This document shows positions 12,921 to 25,941 of a stretch of DNA of 64,000 nt, in pieces. The notes under the pieces were generated by a model. It was not told where the DNA came from. It saw only the letters and a list, made by a program, of their open reading frames with translations, and did no database searches. Source of the DNA: Felis catus (Eukaryota); assembly GCF_018350175.1 (NCBI RefSeq), contig NC_058368.1:114764001-114828000 (forward strand), written 5' to 3'. The first letter of the stretch is position 1; every line of letters starts with the position of its first letter. Both the position numbers and the translations under genes were made by a program.

Positions 12921-13164
12921 GGGGGCACCTGGGTGGCTCAGTTGGTTTAGTGTCCAACTCTTGATTTTGGCTCAGGTCATGATCTCACAGTTACTGGGTT
13001 CAAGCCCCACATTGGGCTCTGCACTCACTGACAGCTGAGCCTACTTGAGATTTTCTCTCTCTCTCCCTCTCTCTCTCTCTGCCCTTTCCCTGCTCAGGTG
13101 TGTTCATGTGCATATTCTCTCTCTCTCTCTCTCTCAAAATAAATAAATAAACTTAAAAAAAAAA
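12921..13164 (+). mobile_element. Can-SINE
   Basis: Head, CT tract and A tail; TSD aagaggtgagatctag/aagatttgagatttag. Confidence 0.93.
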
Positions 13165-13177
13165 GATTTGAGATTTA

Positions 13178-13275
13178 GGGGCCCCTGGCTAGCTTAGTCT
13201 GGAGAGCATGTAACTCTTGATCTCAGGGTTATGAAGTCAAGCCCTATGTTGAGCATAGAGCCTGCTAAGAAAAAA
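13178..13275 (+). mobile_element. Short Can-SINE
   Basis: ggggcccctggctagcttagtctggagagcatgtaactcttgatctcagg. Confidence 0.88.
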
Positions 13276-13644
13276 TGAGTTCAGATTTAGTAAAAATTAA
13301 TAATATTTACTGTTTTATCAAGGACATTCCTAAGTGATAGTAAATTTATTTTTATTATTTTTATTTTTATTTATTTTTTTACTGCATGTGCATGGCAGTG
13401 AAGAATACAAGGACTGTTAGTACTTGTGTCATGCTTTGATTTCTGCTAAGGTATAAACTATTTTACCCCCTATTGTTTGTGTACTATCAGTGCAAATGTC
13501 AACACAGTGAAAAAGGCAAATAATGTCTTAATGGTGTTATGAAAATAGCTCTGACCTTGTGGATGCTTAGGGTCTTGAGAACCACCCAAGGGTCCATGGA
13601 TTATATTTTGAGAACCACAGCTCTAAATGACATGTCTGACTTTC

Positions 13645-14400
13645 TTAGGATTTGCCCCTGGATCTTCTTTTCTTCTCACTCTTTACTCTCCTTGGGTGGA
13701 TTCCTCTACTGTCTTTGAACTACCTCTATGCAAATGACCCACATATTTATTTTTCTAGCCCTGACTTTTCCTTAGGCTCCAGACCCATGTATCCAGCTGC
13801 CAATTTAACATTGGTATTGGACATCACAAAAGTTCCCCAAGGGCACCCTGTCTAAGAACTTGTGGTGTTCTTCCATGTTGTCTTCTATACAGTTATACAA
13901 GCTGGAATTCTCATCCTGACCACATTCGCTCTACCCCCATATCCAGTCTATCATCAAGTTCTGCTAATTTTACCTCCTAAATATCTTTTTAGTTCATAAC
14001 TTCTCTCTATAGCCATCATTACCACCACTACCAAAGTCAAAGACATCATTATCTCTTGCTGGAATTACCACAATGGTCCCCCTTTATTGTAGTGAGTGAT
14101 CTTTTTAAAACACAAATCTAATCATGCAAAACCCTGCTTAAACCCTTCAGTGACCTCCCATTGCTCTCAAGACAAAGATCAAGATCTTTAATATGTCTAA
14201 CTCCCCAAACTAGGTCAGGTTCTTTGGTATATGCTCTACTGAAAAGATTCTTATCTTTAATAATGCTCATTATAGTTTGGTTTGTACTTATATATTCATG
14301 CAGGATTGTTTGATTAGTGTCTCTCCCTGATGAGATTGTAAGTTCGATGAGAGCAGACGTTCTGTAAATATTTGCTGAGTCCAAGATGGAATGAGGCCTA
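13645..14400 (+). mobile_element. L2 fragments
   Basis: ctctatgcaaatgacccacatatttatttttctagccctgac...aaacccttcagtgacctcccattgctc...gattgtaagttcgatgagagcag. Confidence 0.75.
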
Positions 14401-14914
14401 GGACAATTCCTCTGAACATAGATTAACCACTGAAAAATTAAATCTTTTGCCCCAGGCCCCTGAGTTGGGGGAAGACCCATTTTTATTTTCATTGTCTCCT
14501 AGCATTTCAAAGAAAAATGCTGTCTTGTCCAATGCTTTCCATCAAAATGTCCTCCTAATCACAGGGGCACATTCATCTTCCTTTTGACATAGGAGCCCTT
14601 TTTGTTCTCCATCACTCATGCTGCCCATGGTTCTTGGAGAGGGTTAGCTAGCAATACTGGCCCTTCAGGAATAGAAAAGAGGATTCCTCATCTCTTCCCC
14701 AACTAGATGATTGGCTGGGAGGCCCACTTCAGCAAGAGAGAATAAAATATATCAAGTGGAGGTGCCAAGAGGAAAATAAAAAGAGAATGAGTCATGATGT
14801 TTGTCCTCAGGGAGAATTCAATCTGCTGCAGGAGACAGGACCACTTCTTGGAGTCCTTTTCAGCTGAGGTCAATATAGCACTGGAAGTGGCCTTTCCTGA
14901 AAGAAGAAAGGGAA

Positions 14915-15060
14915 ACAAGCATTTATTGACCCATGTCAGGCACTTTGAGATTTGTTCTCTCCTTTAGTCTTTGCAACAGCAATATGAGGTAAGAATTATT
15001 GTCCCATTTGTATAAATGAGGAAGCAACAGAGACCCAGAGAGGTTAAGTAACTTACACAC
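14915..15060 (-). mobile_element. MIR
   Basis: attattgtcccatttgtataaatgaggaagcaac...agaggttaagtaactt. Confidence 0.8.
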
Positions 15061-15069
15061 TTAATATAG

Positions 15070-15620
15070 TATATTAGACCTGTTTACTTACCCATTCCAC
15101 AGCCCTCTTTAAGAGCTTCTGTACTGGCCAAAACTTGGCTGCAGGCCATATTATATACTACATGACACCTCCCCCCAACCCCTGCTTAAACCTCCATTTA
15201 CCCACCTCCACCCTCTTCTGCCCTAGGTGATTGGACCAGAGGAGGTTCTGATCCAAGGTCAGTCATTTTATGGGCTGGCCAATTGCCTCTAATTTATGGC
15301 CTGATATAAAAAAGACAATCTAGGCCAATCAGATTCAGAGTCTAAAGCATAGAGTAACCCAGGAGTATCCAGAGCCTGGAAGAGAAGCCGACCTGCCCAG
15401 TGTAGCTGAATCACATTAAGGGTGGGTAGGGCCTGACAAGGAAGAGCCAGGATCTCCAGCCAACAAGGAGTCTTGAATCTAGATTCTTTCCCAACTTCAG
15501 CATCTGCCCCTGGAGTGTTCAGAGAGGCCCCATTGGTTTCTCATACACACTGACATGAACCTTATATGCTTGAGTTAACTTGAGGGGGTCTCTTTGTCCA
15601 TAAGAGTTAGACTCAAATGG
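15070..15620 (+). mobile_element. Probable old ERVL-type LTR fragment splitting the MIR
   Basis: ggtgattggaccag...gggctggccaatt...aggccaatcagattc pattern; MIR sequence resumes after about 15620. Confidence 0.4.
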
Positions 15621-15999
15621 TTATAGAGTAAGAGAGTCAGAATCCCAATTGAAGCCCATCTGACTACACACCCTGAGCTCCTTTCATTATTTCACACTGC
15701 AGCGGGGAAGGCCCTAAAGAGTGTCAGGGGCCCAACACCCTGGAAATGAACAAAGTCAACTTTGGAGAGAGCTACCAGTTTAAAGAAGGACATGTCAGAC
15801 ACCCTCTCCTGCTGGGTGCTGTGAGGTCATCAAAAGACTGATGAATAGTGCCTGGCCTTGCTTTGAGAAGTACAAACCACATGGGCTAGAAGCCCTCGCA
15901 CTGCCAGCCATAGTTTGGTGTGCGACATCATGTATGAAGTCACTAGTCATCAGTGACATCACTCAGTGATGCCATTCCCATCCTGGGCAGCTCAGGTTG

Positions 16000-16170
16000 G
16001 GAAGCACAGAAGGCACACATTCGGACTGAGCAGACTGGGATTCAAGTCTTCTCCTTGCCTGTCTGTGCTTGGGAAAAGCAGCACTACTTTTCCTCATTGT
16101 CCTCATGGGTAAAAATGGAGATAATTCTTATTCCACAATAAGGATTACCAGAGATAAATATGTAAGACCC
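16000..16170 (+). mobile_element. MIR
   Basis: cagactgggattcaagtc...taaaaatggagataat. Confidence 0.6.
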
Positions 16171-16177
16171 TACATCA

Positions 16178-16340
16178 AGGGGAGTTAGTGTTTAATGGAC
16201 ACAGAATTTCAGTTGGGGAAGACAGAAAAGTTCTAGAGAGGAATGGTGGTGATGGTTGCACAACATGAATGCACTTAATGCCTCAGAACTGCATGCTTAA
16301 AAATGGCAAGTTTTATATGTTTTTTACATGAAAGAATAAA
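16178..16340 (+). mobile_element. L1MB-type 3' end
   Basis: ggggagttagtgtttaatggacacagaatttcagttggggaagacagaaaagttctagag...ggtgatggttgcacaacatgaatgcacttaatgcc. Confidence 0.85.
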
Positions 16341-18203
16341 GACTTTATGTTGATCTCCCATGTAGCAGGGCCTTATAAATGCTAGTTTCTGTCTTTATCC
16401 TCTGTAGCAGAAGCCAAGGTCCAATTAATCCCAGTGCCCTTAATCCAAGGCAACTCATTAGCTCTCTACCAAGGCCCTGAGGCATGCTCCCCTCCTCCTG
16501 CCCAGCTCCCTGCCCTAGAGAGCCTGACGCCCTGAAATAAAGTGTCCAGACCTGGGAGATAGGACTGTTTTGAGCTGAGCACTTCCCAGGGCAAGAGGCC
16601 AGTTCTTGAGGCTGCTGGGGCAGAGCGGATCTGGGTCAGAGATTTGAGCAGGCCCCGCCTGGGGATGCTGGGCCATGGGGCAGTGTCCAGAGCTCTGACT
16701 GCTGAGGCTCTCTCTCTAGATAGAGGAGCACCGGGGAGGGAGTCTCCTTGCTAGGAAAGAGTGAATCTCTGCTGGAAATTCCAGAGCTCTTCTGGGAGGC
16801 CTTCTTTCTCCTAGCCATCAGTTTTCTGATCACATCGCTAGCGATACTCATTGTGTGCTCTGTGGAGCTGCCCCCACCCCTTCCTCACAGAAACCCCTAC
16901 CTCTACCTCCCCCAAAGTCGGTGCCTGTGTTAATATGATGATGCTGTGATAATGGCCAGGAGATGGCTTCAGCTATCTGATTAAGCCCTCTGGAATGGCA
17001 TCCAGGGCACTGTCTTAACTCTCCCTGATGAGCAGGCAGCCAGGGCCCAGGGCTGGAGCACAGGCTCTGGCTAGAAAATTGTATCCGGGAAAGCACTGAG
17101 GGGGAAAATTGGAAGTATCAGAATTTCCCAGGTTGCTATTCCACAGGGGCCAAACATCCTCAGCAGCAGCACTAATTATGATCCAAGAGAGTCAGGCCTG
17201 GCTGCCTAGCTTGCCCAGGCAGTCCTTGAGAGCAGCCTTGGGAGCCGGAAGGGCAGAGGCAGAGCTGAGGGAGGCCTAGGCTCCAGAACCTGGGGACTCT
17301 GGGAGATGAGAGACAGGAGGGTCATTCAGACATGTGGGGAGGGAGAGCTGGGTAGGGTTGCTAGGGGTCCTCATGTACTTCAGAATGTTTGCAACTGTGA
17401 TAGGAAGGGTGGAAGTTAGGTTGCTGGGATGATTTCTACCTGCCAGGAATTCAGAGTTGTCTCACTTCCGTTCTTCCTCTCTCTCTTGACCTCAGTGCTC
17501 CTCTGAAAATTTTCTTGTCAGTGTGACCCATGACTTCCCTGTTGCCAATTTCAGCAGTCATGGTCATCTCTTAGTCTTTCGGGCAGCCACCTTGACATGG
17601 ACGGTTGCTCGTTCCTTCCTAAAACACCCTCTTCATTTGGCTTCCATGACACCTCTCCTACCTCCGTTCTCCTCCCTCCATGGTCTCCTGTGCTGGCTCC
17701 ATAGCATCTTCCACATCTCCACGATGACCTGGGACTGTCAACACCACCACCACCCCCTCTCCACCCTGGCATTCTCCCTTATCCACTCTCACTCCCTAAG
17801 TAATTACATCTATCTCAGGGCATTAAAGCCAGCTGTATGTTGATGAATCCCAAATGACTATCTTCAGCCCCTACTTCTCCCCTGAACTGTAGACTCATAT
17901 CCAGCTGCTACTTGAAATTTCCAGGTAAATGTCACTCATGGACCTCTCAGACTCACTGGTCCCCCAGTCTTCTGCCTTGTGATAAATGCAACTCTATTCT
18001 ACCAGACCCCAAACTTCAAAGTCATTCCTGGTTCTTCTCTTCCTTTAGTGCCCCCTTATCCAATTCCTCAGAAAATGGTATAAGTTCTGCCCTTTAAATT
18101 ACTCCACAATCCCGTCACTAATCTCTAGATACACCACTCTTACCCTCATCAGAGCCACCATCATTACTTGCCTAGACAATTGCAATCACTTCTGAATTGG
18201 TTT

Positions 18204-18673
18204 CAGTATAGATTAGGCTGTTTCAGGGTCTCTGAAACACAGGGTTTTATACAAGATAGAAGATTTCTTCTTTCTCCAGTGTGAACCTGTGCATAATAGC
18301 CAGGTTGATACAGTCCTTCCACACTCTCAGGGACCGTAGCTTCTCAGGGCTTGAGGCTCTGTCATCTTCATCATGTGACTTCTATCTTGTGGCACAAGAT
18401 AGCTGGTCCACCTGGCACTATTGTGCCCATGAAGTTTCAGCCTGTGGAGAGGGGAGAGGGAAGAAGTGGAGGGCAGCCGTCTTCCTTTAAGAACATGACC
18501 CAAAAGTTGCACCTATCCCTCTGCTCACATTCCATCAACCAGCATTTTATCATATGGCCACACTTAGCTGCATGAGGGGTTGGGAAATGTAGTTCTCTTT
18601 GTGAGAAGCCTTGTGCTCAGCTAAAATGTGGAAAGAGAATGAATTTGGGGCAAAAATGTATAGGCTCTGCCAT
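18204..18673 (-). mobile_element. MaLR LTR (MLT1J/K-like)
   Basis: catatggccacacttagctgcatgaggggttgggaaatgtagt...ctctgccata. Confidence 0.75.
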
Positions 18674-18870
18674 AGCTTCCTAAGTAGTTTCCCTGCTTTT
18701 GCTCTACCCCCTCTAGGTTGTCCTCAAAACAACCAAAATAGTCCTGTACCATGAGAATAGGTCACTCCTCTGTGCAAGACTTTCTAATGACTTTTTTTCT
18801 CATAATGGAATCTAAAATCCTTATTATTATCTGCAAGGCCCTATGAAATTTGAACACCAACTTCTTTCTT

Positions 18871-19094
18871 TTTTTTTTTTTTTTTTAATTTTTAATGTTT
18901 ATTTTTGAGAGAAAGAGACAGTGTGAGCAGGGGAGGGGCAGACAGAGAGGGAGACACAGAATCCTAAGCAGGCTCCAGGCTCTGAGCTGTCAGCACAGAG
19001 CCCGACGCGGGACTCTAACTCAGACTGCAAAATCATGACCTGAGCCGAATTTGGACGCTTAACCGCTTTACTGACTGAGCCACCCAGGTGCCCC
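18871..19094 (-). mobile_element. Can-SINE
   Basis: TSD caccaacttctttct/caccaatttctttct. Confidence 0.95.
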
Positions 19095-20438
19095 TAGGCA
19101 CCAATTTCTTTCTGATCTCATCTCTTGCCAATCTCCCCCTTGCTCACTCCACTCCTGCCAGGCTGACTCCTTGCAAAATGCCCCCACCTCAGGGCTTTGG
19201 CAGTTGCTGTTCCCTTTGCCTGGAGCACTCTTCTCCCAGATAGCTGCCAGTGTAGCTGCTTCACTCGCTTCTGGTATCTGCTCAAATGCTGCCTCTCACA
19301 GCAGCTTTTCTTGACTCCAATTCCCACTGCCCATAGCCCCCTCACACTACTTTGTTTTTACCAAGGCAATTGACACCACCTGAAATATTATATGTTTACC
19401 TACTTTACATTTGTTTCTCCCCACTAGAACACGAGATCTAGGGTCCACATAGAGCAGGTGTGCTATACGTGCTTGTTGAATGAGTGAATGGATGAAGGTA
19501 GCAGTGCCTGGGCAGAAAGGTGGCAGGACAGGGTTTCCTTCCTAATCATTTCAGAGAGGACCCATTTCTTGATCTCTCTTGTATTTCTAGTGTGGCAGCA
19601 GAGACTCATTAGTGTCTTACTTCTGGGCACTTCCTTCAGTTCAATTTATCAAATATTCATGAGGCATCTCGTGTGTTAGGGTATCTAGTATGGTAGATAT
19701 AAAAGAATAAGCTATAGGCCAGACCTGGCCCTCAGGAAACTTAAAGACTGGTTAGGAGCCTAAATTTGTCCTTTTTTTTTTTTTTCTTTGCAAGGTCTAA
19801 AGGTACCTATTCAGGTATGGTATAAAAAGTCATGGAAAAAGTGGCTCCTCTCTTTTTTTATGGCAGCACCATGAACTGGTGTGACCTGAATGGGGAAAGA
19901 GGAGAGGGTATGAAGAAAGGCTGCCCCCTTATAGGTTATAGTTGTAGGTTATGGTGGGCTTTTTCCTCTTACTCCCTGTGGAATAGGGCCTCGCTACTCA
20001 TATGCTTAAGAAACTGTTTGAAGCAGTTATCATTCATTGGATGAGGAAAGAGACATGAGATGAATGGGGTGACCAGAAGGGTAGGGAGATAGAGGGGAGG
20101 GATGAGAGTCTTGAGGAGGCCCAGTTGGATGAAAAGGTAGCTCAGAGAAGTTGAGTAGGAGATATATTACATGAAATGATTGTCCATTATCCTTTCCTGC
20201 CCTTGGCAAAATGCAAAGGATCAGGGTTAATTATTTTCCCCAGACTCCTTCGTGCAGGGCCGCTTAGGCATTGCTATGACATTTACAGCCCAAGAAGATC
20301 AGAGGAAGGTGGCCTAGGTTTGGCTTTCCACACTGGGAATTGAATTTTTTTTTTCCTTTTAATGAGGCTGCTTGTTGCATCCTCTCCTAATTTTTCTTTC
20401 TCTTGACATTCCCCTTCCATCTGAACTAGAGCCAAAAG

Positions 20439-20867
20439 CAGTGGTTCTCAAACTTAAACACACATTGCACCTACTTGGAGGGCTTATTAAAACAATGTTG
20501 TTTTACACAATCTTGTCGGGGTGCCTGGGTGGCTCAGTCAGTTAAGTGTCCAACTTTGGCTCAGGTCTTGATCTCGCGGTTTGTGAGTTCGAGCCCTGTG
20601 TCGGGCTCTGTGCTGACAGCTCGGAGCTTGGAGCCTGCTTTGGATTCTGTGTCTCCCTCTCTCTCTGCCCCTCCCCTGCTCATGCTCTGTCTCTCTCTGT
20701 CTCAAAAATAAATAAAACCTTAAAAAAAATTTTTTTTAACACAATCTTGTCACATCCAGAGTTTACTCATTCAGTAGATCTGGGATAGAGACTGAAAATT
20801 TACATTTATGGCAAGTTCTCAGATGATATTGATGTTGCTGGTCCCAACCATGTTGGGAGAACCACTG
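20439..20867. mobile_element. MER5A (hAT-Charlie MITE), interrupted by a SINE
   Basis: TIRs cagtggttctc / gagaaccactg; internal ttcagtagatctggg...caagttctcagatgatattgatgttgctggtcc. Confidence 0.88.
20518..20738 (+). mobile_element. Can-SINE
   Basis: Perfect 13-bp TSD acacaatcttgtc. Confidence 0.96.
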
Positions 20868-22158
20868 GACTAGAGCAACTATTTTGGGTCTCAAGGTGCC
20901 TCATCCCTGATTGTCTGTTCCAGTCATTTCCCCCCATTCTCCAGCCACAGAGAGATTGGCCTTGAGTTATCACATGATTAACTCAAGGATTTCCTGACCA
21001 ATAGGGTTGTGGCCAAGTCAGACCCAGGAATCTCCCTCCCTGTAAATCTTTGAGAATTTCTTCCATTGCCATTTGTCGGGGTGAGTGAAGGTCTGTTCCC
21101 CTCCTGCCATAAATTCACCCTCCTCAGACAGGGAATCCCAAGACCTGAGAATAGCAGAAACTGTTACAGGTAGAGGCTGGGAGAACAATTGATGTGGAGT
21201 AAGCAGAGGGAACTCCCCTCCCACACTTCTGTTTCTTTGAGATTAAAATATTTGTTTCTTCCTGGGCTCTGGCTCATGCCAATGTCTGGGAAACCATTTA
21301 TGCTTAATGTCTCCAACCCATTAGCTGCCCGGCATGGGGTTCTGCTAATCAGGCTCCTTAATGGCAGGGCTCTGAAGACTGACACTGTGAGTGTCTGCAC
21401 CAACTTCCCAGCCTCAGCTGGAGAGGAAGGGTCTAGACAAAGATCAAGGCCCAGATAGACTCAGAGGTGTCCTGAGAATGATTCATGCCAATGTTGGGAG
21501 CCCATGTAATAGTAACCCAACCTCCCGCCTCCATTTTGGTACACATGCCATAGTATGCCCTCTGATAACGTTAGCTGAATAGCAAGACTCCTCAGTCCTA
21601 CTCCAGCCTTCTCTGTCTTCACATTCGAGGATAATAGGCTCCTTTGGAAACATATTCCTGCACCAGGGGCCTTCATTCAGCATTCATTGAGTACCCCTAT
21701 GAATGAAAGTCTCTCTTCTGCATTACCTGCTTCCCCCTTCAAAATCCAAAAGCCCTTATTTTGTTCTGTCACCGCGTAGGTGATGAGGGCCTTTGGCCTA
21801 GAATCTAGGGGATCCCTGAGAATCATTTAACTCTAAGACTCTGTGGTTCTATGTTGCTGCTTCTTCTACAGCCACTCTTGAAGAGTTTGGGTTCTGTGGC
21901 TTTGATCTACAGAGGGAATATTTGGAGTACCTTCATTTAAGGGTGACCAGATCCCAGCCAGGAGGCCATGACTTGAATCCATTCTCAAAGTATTTTTCTC
22001 TTGCTCCTCTTTGACATCTCATGATGTTTTTGGTCCTACTAGATAACTCAAACTACTGGCAGCTCCATAAAATGCTAGGAGGCAAAGATACCACCCCCGG
22101 CCCATCAACACACACCCCTTCAATGAAGCACTTGAAACAGGAGGTGGGTCTCTGTTAT

Positions 22159-22349
22159 TTTTTTTATGTTTTATTTATTTTTGAGAGAGCACAAGTGGGG
22201 GGGGGGGGCAGAGAGAGAGGGGTGGAGAATCTGAAGCTGGCTCTGTGCTGACAGCAGTGAGCCTAATGTGGGGCTCAAACTCACGAACCGCGAGATCATG
22301 ATCTAAGCTGAAGTTGGGCGCTCAACCTACTGGGCCGCCCAGCTGCCCC
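22159..22349 (-). mobile_element. Can-SINE
   Basis: TSD gtctctgttatt/gtctccattatt. Confidence 0.92.
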
Positions 22350-22464
22350 ATAAGTCTCCATTATTAAGAGGCATGAAGGGAGCCAGCAAGTGCCATTGAC
22401 TACTTCATGTTCACCCTCTCCTCATTTCTCCGAACTTCAGGGGCTAAAACAGATTAAACATTTT

Positions 22465-22712
22465 CTTTCTTTCTTTTTTTTTTTTTTAATGTTTATTTAT
22501 TTGTGAGAGAGAGAGGGAGAGGGAGAGAGAGAGAGAGAGACAGAGTGCAAGCGGGGGAGGGGCAGAGAGAGACTGTGGCACAGAATCTGAAGCAGGCTCC
22601 AGGCTCTGAGCTGTTAGCACAGAGCCAGATGTGAGGCCTGAACTCAGAAGTTATGAGATCATGACCTGAGACCCAGTCAGACGCTTAACAGACTCAGCCA
22701 CACAGGTACCCC
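22465..22712 (-). mobile_element. Can-SINE
   Basis: Reverse SINE; TSD aacatttt. Confidence 0.94.
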
Positions 22713-25700
22713 TGAACATTTTTAATGGGAACCCCAACACTGAGCCCCAATAGCCATCAGAATCACAGGGATAGATAATGCTGACTTTCCTCCTTCTAGG
22801 CACGGAGAGCTCATACAGGCGCCTGTATTTCAGGCCACCAGTTAACTAGCTGGTTGGCCAAGAGCTTGGGAGCCTCCTCTTTTTCGCTATTTCCATCCTG
22901 GCTCCTCAGCCTCAGGTCTGAGCCATGGGGAACCCTCTCCAATCTGCTGGAACAGAACATCACAAGCTGCTCCTGTTGTGGTCTGGGCCGCCAGCTCTCC
23001 AGCCTGCTGCTGCTGGAAGAAGACTATGATGTTAGAATCAGTCCACAGCATCCCTCTACATGCCAGTCCCTTCATCAGGGGAGGGGGGGCCCATTTGGAA
23101 AGAATCACATCTGAAGCAGGCAGTTTGGAAAGCAATGGGGAGAATGGATGAAAGAACAAGTGCTCAAGTCACCAATTGGGCAGAGCCATGTTTCTGCCAG
23201 GCCACTTGTACGTACGCTTTTCCCACAGCCCAGCCTTCCCACATGGCCTGCCCAGGCCAGTCTTCCCAGCTCTCATCCTTTCTCCTGCTCCTGGGACCTG
23301 GAGAAATGCCAGCATTTCTCTTTTCTGACCCTCTGCCTTTGGGGCCCCACCTGGCCCATTCCCAAAATATGAACCTCTCAGCTGGAGGCTGGCTTGCACA
23401 AGGCAGGCATTCTAAGCAGGGCAGGGGCTAGAATCGTAGGTCTGAGCTGATGATCCTGTGTTCTAGAGCCAAGGGTAGGGTAGGCACACTTAGCAACTGA
23501 AATGTCATCTGCTTCCTGGCTCCCTTTTCTACCAGGACATAATCTGCCTGAAGCCGTCTGTAGACTTGGAAGACTTGTGCTTAACTCGGATCTGTCCCTT
23601 TTTTAGCTGCTAGTTTTGGCAAATTGACCCCTCTGGGTCTCCACTTCCTTTTCTGTAAAATAAAGACATTAAGTAGGGTAATTTGAGAATGAGTGATAAA
23701 CTGGGAACTGCAGCACAGATCTTAGTTATCCTTCTCATGCCCTGTCCCTTTGGATCCCCCAGGATACTGGTCACACAGGAGATGCTCTCTTGTCTGCCTG
23801 AGGGGTCAGAATGCTCCTAGGAGGCAGCCCCATCCTGCCTAGGAGCAGCCAGAGCCCTGAAACTTCCAGGAAGGATTACTGTGAGCCCCTATCTGTTTTG
23901 TTTTTCTAAGGATGCAAGGTAGAGAGGATGGGTGGGAAGAATTTAGGTCAGGGAAGGCCTTGGGGGGGGGGGCGGGGTAGGGTGGGGAGCTGAGGTCTCA
24001 TTTCCATGGTTTTGCCCTGGAGGCCCCAGAGTGTGTGTGTGCTAGGTTTTTCTCCTGCCTGGCTCTGGCTGGGTTTGAAGGAGGAATCCCCACTGAAGAT
24101 TGATGTCACAGACTTGCCTTCCCCTCCCCCAGCCTCATCCTTGGTGATTTAAAGAAATTATTTGGACATAAGAGTTAATGGAAGTAGGTTGCTAGTGTGT
24201 GGGTGAATTCATCACTGTCTCCCTGCATTCCAAGAGCAGATCTGTCTTTCTGGGCGAGATATCCTAGAGTGACTTTCCAAGGTCTGGAGAATAAAGGCTA
24301 CCTTGGGAGGGCAGGGTTGTAGCATGCTGGGTAGGGATCTGGGGCCGCAGAGATGACCACAAAGTGCAAAGTGTCTGAGGGATTGACTGGGAGTGCTTTC
24401 TTTCCCTTTTGTTCTTTAATTTATGGGGGGAAGGGAGGCAGAGAGTATTGGCATTGCGGAGAATGCTGCTACTCCAGATCCCCCCACCCCAGCCCCCATC
24501 TGTCTCCTGCCCTGGGAAGTAGACAAACCCCTGTAGCCCACCGCTCAGGGTGAGGAGGGCTGTTTTTGCAGCTGTTGTTGGCAGTTATGAAAGAGGTGGA
24601 GAGGAGGGGAGGTAGAGGGGAAATGTTTGATGGGGTGGTGCTCTGGAAGGAAGAGAACTAGCTCTCCTCCCTTCCATTCCCATCCTCCCCCTCAGCACTT
24701 CCTGGAGGTGGCATTCAGGCAGGGAGCTCTTTTGAAAGCACAAAGACCTAGTGCTGTAAGGCTTGGAGGCTGGGAGGCAGGGGGGATGAGAAGAGGGGAA
24801 GATAATTATGCAGGTGGGGGCAAGAGAGGACTGCTACCCCCTCTGACCCCACACCCAGCCAGGCCTTCCTCACAGTCTAAGGGTGAGCGAGTACATGAGT
24901 GAGTGTGTGTGTGAGTGTTCACATGAGTACACTTACACCTACATTTCACATGTGCACAAAGATGCAGCTATGAAATGTTAGAGGGAGAATGACTGGACAT
25001 AATGTTGAGGCTTGTTCCCCACCTCGCCAGCCTGTCACTGGTTTCTTTCAAATATTTGCTGGGTCTTACTTGGTCATCTCTCCACTCCTTAATCTTGCTT
25101 CTGCCTCTTTCGTCAGTTTCTCCAAGTCATGTCTCTTTCCCCTGTCTTTCCATCTCTGATCTTGAAAATGGGAAGTGTTGGAAGAAGCCCCTGTCTCCTG
25201 GCTGCCACTATTTAGGATGCAGCAAGATGGGTTTAAATCAGATTAAAAAAAGAACTGGGAGCAGGGAGTAGTGTGTGGTTGGGACAGAAGACAACCACTA
25301 GGGATTGGCTGTAGAATCCTATAGGCTCATAGAATGTTGGAGCTCCACAGAGACCTGAAGAATCTTCAAGTCTCTCCTGAGCTTACAGACATAGAGCCAG
25401 AGGTCTTTTGGGAAACAGATATTGATCTGTATAACCAATAGTAAATTTGGATGTGTCACACTGGCACCTGGGGGAGTTGTTGGGGAGAACTCTCCTGTCT
25501 TCCCCAAGGCTGACAGAGACCCTCCCCTCCCCCCGTCCAACCATACACTGACTGAGATGATTCTCTGAGTGTGGCACAGCCTTTTCTTTCTTGAGGCTCA
25601 GATGAGGCAACTGATTTTGTTCCAGAACATGAATTGTCTCTTGAAGCCAGAAACATCTGCAAACTGGACACCTTCCTCAGAGCACTGTGCATGTGCCCAG

Positions 25701-25941
25701 AGGCCCTAGCCTAGGCCACTGCAAGGGGGGGACCCTACAGGGTCCCATTGTGTCTTTCCCCCAGGTCAACAACTCTCTGCTCATTCCTCTCCTCAGTGGC
25801 CCCTCGGGAATTCCAGCTCTGATTCAGGCTCTGGCATTGAATAGGGGAGGCAACATAAAGCATGGCCCCTTCTGTTGGGACAAGTATAATCTGCTTTAAC
25901 ACTCCTTCCTTCCTCTAGCCCTGAACTGGCTTCAGCCAAGT

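Larger units (their letters stand above)
11144..13620 (-). mobile_element. hAT-Charlie DNA transposon (Charlie1a-like), full length, carrying five SINE insertions
   Basis: Termini cagcagttctcaaa / tttgagaaccacag; flanks ttgtaagt/ctctaaat resemble the Charlie 8-bp TSD; about 1.4 kb remains after removing the SINEs; transposase relic inside. Confidence 0.9.
17480..19500 (+). mobile_element. L2, interrupted by an MLT1 LTR and a SINE
   Basis: L2 ORF2/3'UTR motifs ending ccccactagaa...cttgttgaatgagtgaatgga. Confidence 0.75.

Noticed and set aside
16930..16984. C/D-box snoRNA-like pattern (atgatga...ctga with ttaa flanks)
   Set aside because: Only about 55 nt, no clear D'/C' boxes or recognisable guide; likely chance. 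An Rfam search would settle it.
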